DNA from: Candidatus Latescibacterota bacterium
GTDB lineage: Bacteria; Latescibacterota; UBA2968; UBA8231
DNA length: 64,000 nt
NCBI GenBank assembly: GCA_963422735.1
Contig: OY730476.1
Coordinates: 32,001-96,000, forward strand
Direction of reading: 5' to 3'
The position numbers were made by a program, and so were the translations under genes. The notes beneath the pieces were generated by a model. It did no database searches, had not been told where the DNA came from, and saw nothing but the letters and a program-made list of their open reading frames with translations. Of the stretch, positions 46,337 through 55,935 are shown in pieces. Positions within the stretch are counted from its first letter, which is position 1, and each line of letters begins with the position of its first letter.

Positions 46337-47473
46337 GTGCGCGTCTCCAGCGACATCTGGACACAAGTCGAAGCCGTATTGCACAGCGGCACCCGGCTGG
46401 CCTTGGCGACCACCGGCGGGGGCAGTAAACTCATTAGCTGGCTCTTGAATCACCCCGGGGCCTCGTGCGCGGTCGTCGAAGCCCAAGTCCCCTATAGTGC
46501 GCGCGCACTAGCGGCGTATTTGGCCTCGGTGGGGCCGCATCGGGTAAACGAGCAAACGGCGCGGGATATGGCGGGGCGAGCCTTTGTGCGGGCCGCTTCC
46601 TTTGCCGAGCCGGGGCAGGGTTGCATCGGCGTGGGCTGCAGTGCGGCCTTGGCGACGAACAGGGCACGGCGCGGCGCGGACCGAGGCTGCATCGCGCTGC
46701 GTTTGGAGTGCGCCTATCGCTTGTACACCCTGCGCTTTGAACAGGGCGCAGCCGACCGCTTGGAGCAAGAGGAGGTCTTGAGCCGCTTGGCCTTGGAGGC
46801 CATAGTGGAGGCCTGCGGTGGCCCGGTCGCCGGTGCATCGCTGCCCGACTACATGCACCTTGCGCGGCGCGAGCTGTCGTTGGACGATCCGCTGAGCTTG
46901 CTGTTTGCGGGCGAGTTGGATGTCGTCGAAATGCGGCCCGATGGGGCGCTCGCGCCCGAGGTTGAGCGCGGGCAACGCCTGCTCTTGTCCGGGTCCTTCA
47001 ACCCGCTGCATGAGGGACACGAGCAGCTCGCGGCCGCGGCGGGACAGCTAAGTGGTCGGCAGCCGAGCCTGGAACTGTCCATCGAAAATGTCGATAAGCC
47101 ACCTCTGCAAAGGAGCGCGGTCGAGCAGCGCCTAGCACAGATGCGCGGTCGCTTCCCAGTGGTGGTTACGCGGTCGCCGACCTTTTTGCAGAAGGCCCGG
47201 CTATTTGGCGGTTGCCATTTCGCGATTGGGTACGATACGGCCGTGCGGCTTTTGCAGGGCCAGTATTACGATGAAGGAGAGCGGGGCGCGACTGCGGCCT
47301 TGGAGGAATTTGCCGCTGGGGGCTATCGCTTTTGGGTCGCCGGCCGGGTGGATAAAGAGGCGTACCGCACCTTAGCTGATATAGAGGTACCCGCAAAGTA
47401 CGCGGACCTTTTCTCGCCCGTGCCCTTTAGGATGGATATCAGCTCCACGGAACTCCGCGTGCGGAAGGCTTAG
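46337..47473 (+). CDS. CinA-like domain fused to an HxGH nucleotidyltransferase domain
   Basis: TGGGS...PGAS...VPYS N-terminal domain; SGSFNPLHEGH, NVDKP and DISSTELR. Confidence 0.75.
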   Translation: MRVSSDIWTQVEAVLHSGTRLALATTGGGSKLISWLLNHPGASCAVVEAQVPYSARALAAYLASVGPHRVNEQTARDMAGRAFVRAASFAEPGQGCIGVGCSAALATNRARRGADRGCIALRLECAYRLYTLRFEQGAADRLEQEEVLSRLALEAIVEACGGPVAGASLPDYMHLARRELSLDDPLSLLFAGELDVVEMRPDGALAPEVERGQRLLLSGSFNPLHEGHEQLAAAAGQLSGRQPSLELSIENVDKPPLQRSAVEQRLAQMRGRFPVVVTRSPTFLQKARLFGGCHFAIGYDTAVRLLQGQYYDEGERGATAALEEFAAGGYRFWVAGRVDKEAYRTLADIEVPAKYADLFSPVPFRMDISSTELRVRKA

Positions 47474-47477
47474 GGCG

Positions 47478-47777
47478 ATGCTGGAAGAAGAATGGGAAGA
47501 GCCTGAGGCTGTGGAAGTGCCCATCGACGGCACGCTGGACCTGCACACCTTCCATCCGCGCGACCTCAAAGAGCTGTTGCCCGACTATTTGGACGCCTGT
47601 CGCCAAGCGGGCATTTTGCAGGTGCGCGTCATCCACGGCAAGGGCACGGGCCAGTTGCGGCGCTCGGTCCACGCTATTTTGGCCCGCTTACCCGAAGTGG
47701 AGGCATTCCGCTTGGCCGGCGAAGGTGGCGGCGGCTGGGGGGCCACCTTGGTCTGGTTGGTGCCGCTCGACGTTTGA
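47478..47777 (+). CDS. Smr-domain protein
   Basis: LDLHTF, IHGKGTG and GGWGAT. Confidence 0.88.
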   Translation: MLEEEWEEPEAVEVPIDGTLDLHTFHPRDLKELLPDYLDACRQAGILQVRVIHGKGTGQLRRSVHAILARLPEVEAFRLAGEGGGGWGATLVWLVPLDV

Positions 47778-48210
47778 CTATAGAAGGAACGTCGCGGCAG
47801 GACGGCCCTGGTGCTTCCAGCCGACCACAATCCCCTCGTCGAGGAGGCGGCACTCCGTCTGGCTGAAGCCGGCCTCAGCCATCAGTGCTTCGATTTCCGG
47901 CCCGGTGCGCTGATCCCCAATTTCCTCGGAGAGAATCTAGGCGGTTTTGGCCCGTTCGACATGATGGATTTTGGCCGGACGCGTCGCGTCAACGCAACGA
48001 GAATGTCGGCTCGCCCGCTCCTGAAGTATTCAAAGCTAAGCCCCGTATTTTCTTGATTTATCCAATGCGCATAGATAGATTGCTACAATTATTTAGACTG
48101 TAACAACCTGTAGTAAATGTCATAATTTCAAAGAGTTGCAGTCTCCGACGTGCCATTCAGAAGTGCGCAAGACTAGAATCGCGGCCGCTATTAAGGAGCC
48201 GGTCCTCACC

Positions 48211-50229
48211 ATGGAATATCGTCCTACGGGTCTCCTTTTCAAGCTACTGCATTCGTTGCAGATAGTCCCTCCTCTGCCAATCCTCCTCTTGCTGCTGTCC
48301 GTGTGCTCAATCAGCGCGCAGGATGTTTTTACGGTCGGTGGCGACAAACATCCTTGGCTCAATTCCGGCACAACTCCCGGGGGCGTGATCGATTTTGTCG
48401 AGCAATTGGAAACGATCGAAGACGCCAACGGCGAAAAAGTGTTCGCCGTTGGCATGGATTCCCGGCAAAACTGGATCATGCCGCTGCGCTTGCGCTCTGA
48501 TTTCAACATTTCGCTCGGTGTTCTCGAGCGGGGAGGTACTATAGATATTCCGGGGCTGGATGCTAGTCAGAAGAATCCAGAGCAATTGGCAGGCATGCTC
48601 AATGGCGATCACCGAGTGGCTTTTGATCGCAAGTTCGTCGCCGGCCGCATCGTGCGCAACAACGGCGTCACCATTCGCATTGACCTCGGTGCGCGCTTCG
48701 GAGTGGACCGAATCGCGTTCTATCCGAGAATGACGGCGTCGTTTCCCTTTGAGAACGAATTCATGCGGGGATATGAGTTGTTCCTCAACGACGGCTCGCC
48801 GCAAAATCTCTTTGCCAGTGGTCAGCCCATTTTTACCTCGCCGGTGCGGCGCGATCCAGACAACCGCGAGGCCAGAGTAGAAGCACAGATCACCCCCCAA
48901 TTTGTCCGCTTTCTGCAACTCAAGTCGATTTCTACGCTCGGATTTGAAATTGACGAGATAGAGGTGTACGGCAGGGGTTTCGTACCGACGGCCAGCTATG
49001 TGTCCAATGTGCTAGATCTGGGCGAGGAGGTAGTCTGGGGGCGAATCGCTTGGGGCGAAGTGGCCGCGGGCAATAGCGCGGATTCTAAGATAGAAGTCCG
49101 CGTACGCAGCGGGCAGGATACGACGCCGGATATCTTTTTCCGCAATGCCAATGTAGGAGGCAGGCAACCCGAATATGTGACCACCGACAGCGAGGGCAAT
49201 GCGCTGACAGAAGAAGCCTTCGAAAAACTGGCGAAAAATCAGCGGGGACCCATCAGATCCGACACCGACAACGGCTGGGTCCAGTGGCAAGTGGTCGACA
49301 ATGGCACCCTTCTGACGGTGCCGGCACCACGGCGCTACTTCCAGTTTCGCATCGACTTTACCAATCTAAGCTTGGATGCTAGCCGCGCTGTCTCCGACTT
49401 GGGCTTCCAGTTTGCACGGCCCCCAGTTGACCGCATCGTCGCCGAGGTGGGACCACCGTGGACCGAGGTTGGCAAACAGACGACTTTTACGTACTTTGCC
49501 CGCATCGCCAATACTACGGGCCGGCCGGGATTCACGCGCTTTGAAATCGAAACCCCGGCCCGCATCGCGGCCATCCATTCGGTGGAGATCCAAGATAGAG
49601 GGGGCAATCGCCTAGATGGAGCCGAGTTCAGCGGCGATTTGGCTGATGTGTCTTTGCCCCTGCGCGTCGGATCGTTCTCCATTGAGGCGGTGAAGGACGA
49701 CCACTTTGCCCTAAGCTTACCTCTGATCAACGCCGATGGCACCCTTTTGAAGATTGTCTTTGATGCAGCCGTGTTCCGCTATGGTACGCGTTTCCAAGGG
49801 CGGGCCTTTGCCGATGCTAGCGTACAAGTACCACTACAGACCGAGGGCGGGGATGCTTCAGCCGAACAGGATACCGACGAGTTGCTAGTGCGGATTCCCG
49901 TGGGCTCGCAAGTGGCTGGTCCGCTGGCAATCCAGCCGCGGATCTTCACCCCCAATGGAGATGGGGCCAATGACGCGGCGGAAATAAGCTATGCGGTTCT
50001 GCACCTGCTCGAACCATCGCCGAGCGAGGTAAGTATCTATGACTTGGCCGGTGGCCGCGTGCGGCGGCTCAACGCTGCCGAGGTCCAAAACGGCCACATC
50101 CAGCTACAGTGGGACGGTCGCGGCGACGACGATCGCCTAGTGCGGCCGGGCATCTACTTGGCGGTAGTGGAAATTCGCTCCGACCGGGAGACCGAGCGGC
50201 GGTTCAACAGTGTATCCGTGGTATACTAG
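48211..50229 (+). CDS. Secreted protein with discoidin-like region and C-terminal FlgD-Ig/CHU_C-like domain
   Basis: Signal peptide; FTPNGDGAND...IYDLAG...WDGRGD..G.Y; start uncertain. Confidence 0.75.
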   Translation: MEYRPTGLLFKLLHSLQIVPPLPILLLLLSVCSISAQDVFTVGGDKHPWLNSGTTPGGVIDFVEQLETIEDANGEKVFAVGMDSRQNWIMPLRLRSDFNISLGVLERGGTIDIPGLDASQKNPEQLAGMLNGDHRVAFDRKFVAGRIVRNNGVTIRIDLGARFGVDRIAFYPRMTASFPFENEFMRGYELFLNDGSPQNLFASGQPIFTSPVRRDPDNREARVEAQITPQFVRFLQLKSISTLGFEIDEIEVYGRGFVPTASYVSNVLDLGEEVVWGRIAWGEVAAGNSADSKIEVRVRSGQDTTPDIFFRNANVGGRQPEYVTTDSEGNALTEEAFEKLAKNQRGPIRSDTDNGWVQWQVVDNGTLLTVPAPRRYFQFRIDFTNLSLDASRAVSDLGFQFARPPVDRIVAEVGPPWTEVGKQTTFTYFARIANTTGRPGFTRFEIETPARIAAIHSVEIQDRGGNRLDGAEFSGDLADVSLPLRVGSFSIEAVKDDHFALSLPLINADGTLLKIVFDAAVFRYGTRFQGRAFADASVQVPLQTEGGDASAEQDTDELLVRIPVGSQVAGPLAIQPRIFTPNGDGANDAAEISYAVLHLLEPSPSEVSIYDLAGGRVRRLNAAEVQNGHIQLQWDGRGDDDRLVRPGIYLAVVEIRSDRETERRFNSVSVVY

Positions 50230-50256
50230 GTGCTAGCCAAGTGAGGAGGGAGGATT

Positions 50257-52926
50257 TTGAGCAAGTGCCATCTGATTGTAGTAGGTGCTGTTCTCTACGC
50301 GCTAGGTTGGAGTGCTCCGACGGGGGTCGGTGCCCAAGATTACGGCTCGCGCCTCGGTAGGGTGAAGCAGGGTGGAGAGGTGGATTTTTCCCCACGAGGA
50401 CCGGGGGTATTATTCGATGGGCTGAATCCGGCAGTACGCAAATGGTACGTCCCTCAAGAATTGTATAAAGAGTACCAGTGGAGACAGTGGGAGTACTCCA
50501 GTTACGCCCGCGATCCCTATCAGCGCTATGTGGACACCGCATTGGAGGGCGATTACTTCTACGATTTCTTCGGCAATCTAGTCACCCGGGGCTGGTTGAT
50601 CTACGATTGGCAGCAAGATCGCCCCCAGCAATTCGGCAGCAGCATCCTCAAGACCAACAGGTTCAACCAATGGTTCAACCGAGTAGCCGTCTCTTCGGAC
50701 CACAAGGGACAATACTACTACAGCATCACGATTGGCGATGAGATCCGCACTACTTTGACGCCAATGACTTTTTCTAAACCCACATTCAACGGTATTCAGT
50801 GGGACTTTGCTGCCGACAAGTACCAGGGTACTCTCCTGTTGGCTCGGCCCAGTCGGCCGGCCGTGGCCACTTCGCTGGATATCCCCGATCAGAAGACTAG
50901 TGTCACCAACTTACTAGGTGGGCGGGGCATCGTCCAAGTAGGAGACTTCGTCGAGGTCGGGGCGACCTATGTGACCGCCTTTCAGGGGCAGACGCTATTC
51001 GACGATTTCACCGGCAACCCTTTTGCGGGTGGGGCTCTGACCACCGACCAGAATGCGCTGCCTATATCCCGCATCATTATTCGGTTGTCGGACGACTCGC
51101 CCGCAGACGGAGTGGGTGGGGCGGCCCTGTTTGACGACGAGATTGTCATCGAGGATGTGGACGGCAACATTTTCAGAGGCAGTGCCATAGGATTCGAGCC
51201 CATACGCGAAGGGGGGTTCCAACGGGTGGGGTTTTTAGCTGCGGACGGAGACGAGCGCATTACCCTCACCTACGACTTTACTGACCCTTTGTACACCGGG
51301 CCCGATCCTACGACTATTGAAAGAGTATCCTTTGAATTGGTGATCTCCAACGACTACAAGGTGGAAATCACGTCGGACCGGCAGACTAACCGGGACTCAC
51401 AGCCCGTCTTCTTGCTGATCGAACGGGCCCAGAACAATATCCGCGACAACTCCAACCAGCGACTGTTGAAATTCGACTACGGTCTGCCCACGGCCAATAC
51501 CATCCTTGGCGTTACCTTCGAGGCCAACAAGGTCTGGGGTTTTGACTTTTACGGGGAGTACGATTTCAACAATCAGTACCGCCAGTATCCCAATCTCAAT
51601 CTAAAGGATCATCGCAAGGCGGTTAACGACGCCCAGGCATGGATGTTCAACCTGTCCAAGTCGCCCTATCCTTGGTTCGTCTTCCTCGAAGGCTATAGCA
51701 TGGACGCGGACTATTCTACCCGCACCTTCCTAGCGGGTACTCGGGGACAGGACGAAATCGATTACGAAGACGAAATATCCTATATCTACGAGTTCGTCGA
51801 GGACAACGATGACCAAGACCGCCGGCCGGACTGGAACCGCTATGGTATGCTGTCGGACAATGCGGTCTTTCCAGGTTTTGACGAGAACAACGATTTCGTC
51901 TCGGATTTCAACCAGAACGATACGGAGGATCGACAGAACTTCATTCCCGATTACGAAGAGCCTTTCCTGCGCTATCACGCCGATAGACCCGAATACCTCT
52001 TTGGCGTTGACATGAACAACAATAGCTGGATCGACCGCTTTGAAAACGACGAAGAACCCGATTATCCCTACGGGCGCGACCACCGTGGCTACAATATCTA
52101 TGCGGGAACCCACATCGGGCCCGAGGCCCGGCTAACCGTCGGGCGTTTGCGCGAAAAACTGCTGGCGGGGGATCGCAAAAACGAATCCACGTACCTGCTC
52201 TTCACCTACGAAAGAGATTTTGCTCAGTTGGGCCGTTTGCGGGTGTTCGACAATTTCAAGCTGGTCGAGGACGACATTCCCGACAACCTCTTCCAGTGGG
52301 TGCAGCCGTCTAATTCCCGCGGTACTCAACAGCGCGTTTTCGATTTGCTCCCGGCTCGCGACACTTGGGTCAACACTTCCTATGTACAGTTCGATTTCAC
52401 GCGCATAAGGAACCTGAATGTAATCAACAAATTCAAGACTGAAATCTACAACCAGCGCCGGGATCAGCGCGACCTGCGCGGCACGGCCAGCTTTGTTGGT
52501 CTTATCAACAAAGTCGATTACACTTTCCCAGTGAGAAATATCGAACTTGAACCGCGCTTCAAGAGCGAATTTTTGCGCGAGTACCCCATTCGCAAGCGCG
52601 ACCCGGAGCGCCGGGAGTTGGCCGAGACGCTTTTTCTCATTGCCCGCATTCCTCTGCTCTCCCATACGCTCATCGAGTTGGGACTGGAACTATCCCATTT
52701 TGAGCAGTTCCGCGACGACGAGGAGGGGGTGCCGGTCAATCGCGATTTGGAGCCGGATTCCTTTAGTCGCATCGTCGCGGTGCAATTTAATAACTCCTCG
52801 GATTACTTGGGCTACAGGCTCCATCTGCAGACGGGATTTCGCCTGCAGAAGCTGACGTTTGAAAATCTGCCCCCTAGCACGACTAGCAAGATATTCATGA
52901 CGGCCTATGCAGGGCTAGAACGCTAG
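50257..52926 (+). CDS. Large secreted/outer-membrane beta-rich protein
   Basis: Signal peptide, amphipathic beta strands and DxD/DxN Ca-binding-like motifs. Confidence 0.7.
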   Translation: MSKCHLIVVGAVLYALGWSAPTGVGAQDYGSRLGRVKQGGEVDFSPRGPGVLFDGLNPAVRKWYVPQELYKEYQWRQWEYSSYARDPYQRYVDTALEGDYFYDFFGNLVTRGWLIYDWQQDRPQQFGSSILKTNRFNQWFNRVAVSSDHKGQYYYSITIGDEIRTTLTPMTFSKPTFNGIQWDFAADKYQGTLLLARPSRPAVATSLDIPDQKTSVTNLLGGRGIVQVGDFVEVGATYVTAFQGQTLFDDFTGNPFAGGALTTDQNALPISRIIIRLSDDSPADGVGGAALFDDEIVIEDVDGNIFRGSAIGFEPIREGGFQRVGFLAADGDERITLTYDFTDPLYTGPDPTTIERVSFELVISNDYKVEITSDRQTNRDSQPVFLLIERAQNNIRDNSNQRLLKFDYGLPTANTILGVTFEANKVWGFDFYGEYDFNNQYRQYPNLNLKDHRKAVNDAQAWMFNLSKSPYPWFVFLEGYSMDADYSTRTFLAGTRGQDEIDYEDEISYIYEFVEDNDDQDRRPDWNRYGMLSDNAVFPGFDENNDFVSDFNQNDTEDRQNFIPDYEEPFLRYHADRPEYLFGVDMNNNSWIDRFENDEEPDYPYGRDHRGYNIYAGTHIGPEARLTVGRLREKLLAGDRKNESTYLLFTYERDFAQLGRLRVFDNFKLVEDDIPDNLFQWVQPSNSRGTQQRVFDLLPARDTWVNTSYVQFDFTRIRNLNVINKFKTEIYNQRRDQRDLRGTASFVGLINKVDYTFPVRNIELEPRFKSEFLREYPIRKRDPERRELAETLFLIARIPLLSHTLIELGLELSHFEQFRDDEEGVPVNRDLEPDSFSRIVAVQFNNSSDYLGYRLHLQTGFRLQKLTFENLPPSTTSKIFMTAYAGLER

Positions 52927-53086
52927 TGGGTTTGATCTTCGCGAAGTTGAATCAGGTTGAGATTGCAGTGATATAACATGGCGATCTGTTAGTAGCTGAA
53001 AGGAGGAGAAAAAACAGTCGTCGTTTTATCCCCGATTGGGGTAGCAAAAGACACAATGACTCACTAACTGAAAAAGAGGTATTGCA

Positions 53087-53959
53087 ATGAAGAGAATTAA
53101 TGAGGCAGTAAGTGCTTTACTGGTCTCGGCCCTCATGGTCGGCTCGGCTTTTAGCCACCAAGGGGAGATGAAGTTCATGTTCCAGTTCCCAGATCACCTG
53201 ACGCCAGTGCTGGATGGCGATATGTCGGACTGGGACATTGTCACCGATGTGTACAAGATCAAAGCCGAAACCATGTTCAATCAGTTCGGCGCGCCCATGG
53301 ATTTGAGCGACTTCAATGCCTCGCTCATTTGGGGCTACAACATCAACGACGGCAAGGCCTATTTTGCAGCTTGGGTTGCCGACGACTTCATCAACAATAC
53401 CGAGAAATGGTCGACGACTACAGATTGGGACCACTCCGGCGGCATCTTTCGCGGCTTCGACCAGGGGGATGATTTCGAGACCCGCTGGGCCAGTGCCCAA
53501 GCCCAACGCTACGATCTAGCCGGCCCAATTTTCAGCTCTTCCGGTTATTATACCCGGATTATCGATGGCTCCAAAGCTTGGGCGGGCCAGCCCCCTTACG
53601 TGGAGTGGGCCGGCAAGTTTCTCCGCGGCGACGTCAATACCCAGGAGCCAGCTGAAATGTTCGGCGAGTACTCCATTGTGCCCTTTGACGACATCCATCC
53701 CGACGGTGCCGAACAGAGTGTTAGACACAATTGGGTCGAAGGCACAATTGTCGGCACAGAGGTCAACTGGGGCGACAAGGATGCCGATCCCGGCTCCTAT
53801 GACGATGCCTACTGGTCCGGTTTCGGCGGCATAGGTGCTTCTCGGGATGCCGACCAGTTCGGCGACTATTTGTTGGCCCCCATCGAAGAGGGGTTGCCCG
53901 ACACCAGAGCGACCGCAGTCGAGGCCAGCACTTGGGGCCAGATCAAGTCCACCTTCTAA
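53087..53959 (+). CDS. Secreted CBM9/DOMON-like protein with AVE..TWG.IK tail
   Basis: Signal peptide, PVLDGDMSDW and C-terminal ATAVEASTWGQIKSTF. Confidence 0.7.
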   Translation: MKRINEAVSALLVSALMVGSAFSHQGEMKFMFQFPDHLTPVLDGDMSDWDIVTDVYKIKAETMFNQFGAPMDLSDFNASLIWGYNINDGKAYFAAWVADDFINNTEKWSTTTDWDHSGGIFRGFDQGDDFETRWASAQAQRYDLAGPIFSSSGYYTRIIDGSKAWAGQPPYVEWAGKFLRGDVNTQEPAEMFGEYSIVPFDDIHPDGAEQSVRHNWVEGTIVGTEVNWGDKDADPGSYDDAYWSGFGGIGASRDADQFGDYLLAPIEEGLPDTRATAVEASTWGQIKSTF

Positions 53960-54007
53960 TAAGGCCGACTCGACTGCCTGTACCATAGACGTTGAAGGAT
54001 AGTTTCA

Positions 54008-54039
54008 GGCGGGATTTACGGGTGACTGTAAATCCCGCC
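54008..54039 (+). terminator. Intra-operon stem-loop
   Basis: GGCGGGATTTAC-8 nt-GTAAATCCCGCC with a weak U tail. Confidence 0.65.
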
Positions 54040-54076
54040 GTTCTATTAGCTGGCGACCAAGCAAAGGAGGCACCGG

Positions 54077-55927
54077 GTGAGACAGGTACTGATTCTAGTC
54101 CTGACAGTGTTGGGGATGGGAGCGGGATATCGGGCCGAGGCGCGCCAATTTTACCAACTGGGGGGCCACGCTGGAAACCCTTGGAGTGAAAGCGGCACTC
54201 TGAGTTTCATCGATGTGGCAAAAGTGCCGGGTGCCATCCGCCCGTTTAGTGCCGAAAGCGGTGAGAACTTGATCGCCTCGATGGGCGAGCGAAATGGCGA
54301 CATTACCAGCTTAGTGAGCATTTACACCCTGCCGGCCAATTGGCTAGAAGACCGCGTGTTGGTAGTAGATGGCGATTCGAATACGGCTTTTGTGCATCCG
54401 CCGCGCATCAACTTCTTCCGCGGCCCTGGGTTCTTCTATACTACGCCGATGTTCTTCGATTTGGGGGCCCCATTCCCAATCGAAGAGATCCGCTTTGCAA
54501 CCCGCGCCGATCATCCGGGGCACAAGATCCGCCAATTTAGGCTTTCTATCAACGACGGCAGGGAAGAGAACAAAAACGAAAAAGGAAATCTCATCTGGAC
54601 CTTGGTTCGCGAAGAGAAGGACAACTTAAGCCCAGTCGTCGAACTGGATATCGAACCCCGGATAGCACGCCACGTCTATCTCCATCCCCTCGAAGTGGGG
54701 GAGACCTGGGAAGTGGCCGAGTTCGAAGTGTACGGTCAGGGGTTCGTTCCTCAAGCCTCATTTCTGTCCGACCCGATTGATCTGGGACGGGCATCCAGTT
54801 TGGGACGCATCTGGTGGAGCGGCCAACTTGATTTAGGAGCGAAAGTAGTCATCGAGAGCCGCAGCGGCAGCGATGACCAGCCCGAGGTCTATTGGCGCAA
54901 GACCGGAGTGGGGGGAGAGGAAGTGCCACTGGGAGCCAATGGCCGGCCCATGAGCCGCCAAGAGTATGGAGCTATGCCCCAGAATGTGCGGGGGAGCATT
55001 ACTCAAGATCTGGAAAATTGGAGCGTATGGCACACCTATGAGTATGCGGACGGACTCGCCGGCACCCAGGTTCGATCTCCCAGCCCCCGGCAGTATGTGC
55101 AGTTACACATCGCTTTTTTTTCCGCCAGATTGGAGGGGGGACAGATCGACTCGCTGTTTTTTGAATTTTCCCAACCCCCTATAGTCTCCGAGGCGATTGG
55201 CGAAATCTACCCTTCTTTTGTAGAGTCGGCCGACCCGGTTCGTTTCACCTATGCGGTGCGGACTCGACTGGAGGCAGAGCAATCCGGTTTCAATGTCTTT
55301 GAAGTGCGCACATCCGCCCGTCTGGAGACTATCCACGAGGTGCGCATCGACCGCGAAGTAGTTGGTTTTACCCCAAATTTCGATTCGGCAGCTCCCCACC
55401 AGTTCGCCGTCCAATTTGATCGCATCGACCAAGATCAGACGCTGCTAGAAGTCGATTTCGACGCCCGGGTCTTCAACTACGGAACGACCTTCAGCGGCGC
55501 AGTATCGGATGCGGATAGCGACGAAGTACCCCAAAGCGTGATCCCCGGAGATGCTATGAGTGAGTTGTTGAGCAACGCCTTGAACGTCCGTACGCCCCTC
55601 AAGGGCAGTCTGCTCAGCGCCGTGCAGGTGGTTCCCAACCCGTTCTCACCCAACGGAGATGGCGTCAACGACCAAGTACAGTTCTCCTATACAGTACTGC
55701 GTCTGACCGATGTCGTGCCCCTTGAGACGGAAATCTATACGCTGGCGGGAAACCGAGTGTGCATCTTAGGTGCTGGGGAGGGGGGTAGCGCGCTTTATCA
55801 AACTGCTTGGGACGGGCGGGATGCCCAAGGCGAATTGGTAGCCCCAGGACTATACATTTACCGCGTCGTGGTAGAAGCGGGCAGTGGCCGAGAGGAGCGA
55901 CTGGGGCCTATTGCTCTAGTGTACTGA
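54077..55927 (+). CDS. Secreted FlgD-Ig/CHU_C-like protein (paralog 2)
   Basis: Shares EVYG.GFVP and RSG.D..P with 48211; FSPNGDGVND and WDGRD. Confidence 0.8.
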   Translation: MRQVLILVLTVLGMGAGYRAEARQFYQLGGHAGNPWSESGTLSFIDVAKVPGAIRPFSAESGENLIASMGERNGDITSLVSIYTLPANWLEDRVLVVDGDSNTAFVHPPRINFFRGPGFFYTTPMFFDLGAPFPIEEIRFATRADHPGHKIRQFRLSINDGREENKNEKGNLIWTLVREEKDNLSPVVELDIEPRIARHVYLHPLEVGETWEVAEFEVYGQGFVPQASFLSDPIDLGRASSLGRIWWSGQLDLGAKVVIESRSGSDDQPEVYWRKTGVGGEEVPLGANGRPMSRQEYGAMPQNVRGSITQDLENWSVWHTYEYADGLAGTQVRSPSPRQYVQLHIAFFSARLEGGQIDSLFFEFSQPPIVSEAIGEIYPSFVESADPVRFTYAVRTRLEAEQSGFNVFEVRTSARLETIHEVRIDREVVGFTPNFDSAAPHQFAVQFDRIDQDQTLLEVDFDARVFNYGTTFSGAVSDADSDEVPQSVIPGDAMSELLSNALNVRTPLKGSLLSAVQVVPNPFSPNGDGVNDQVQFSYTVLRLTDVVPLETEIYTLAGNRVCILGAGEGGSALYQTAWDGRDAQGELVAPGLYIYRVVVEAGSGREERLGPIALVY

Positions 55928-55935
55928 TAGAAGAC

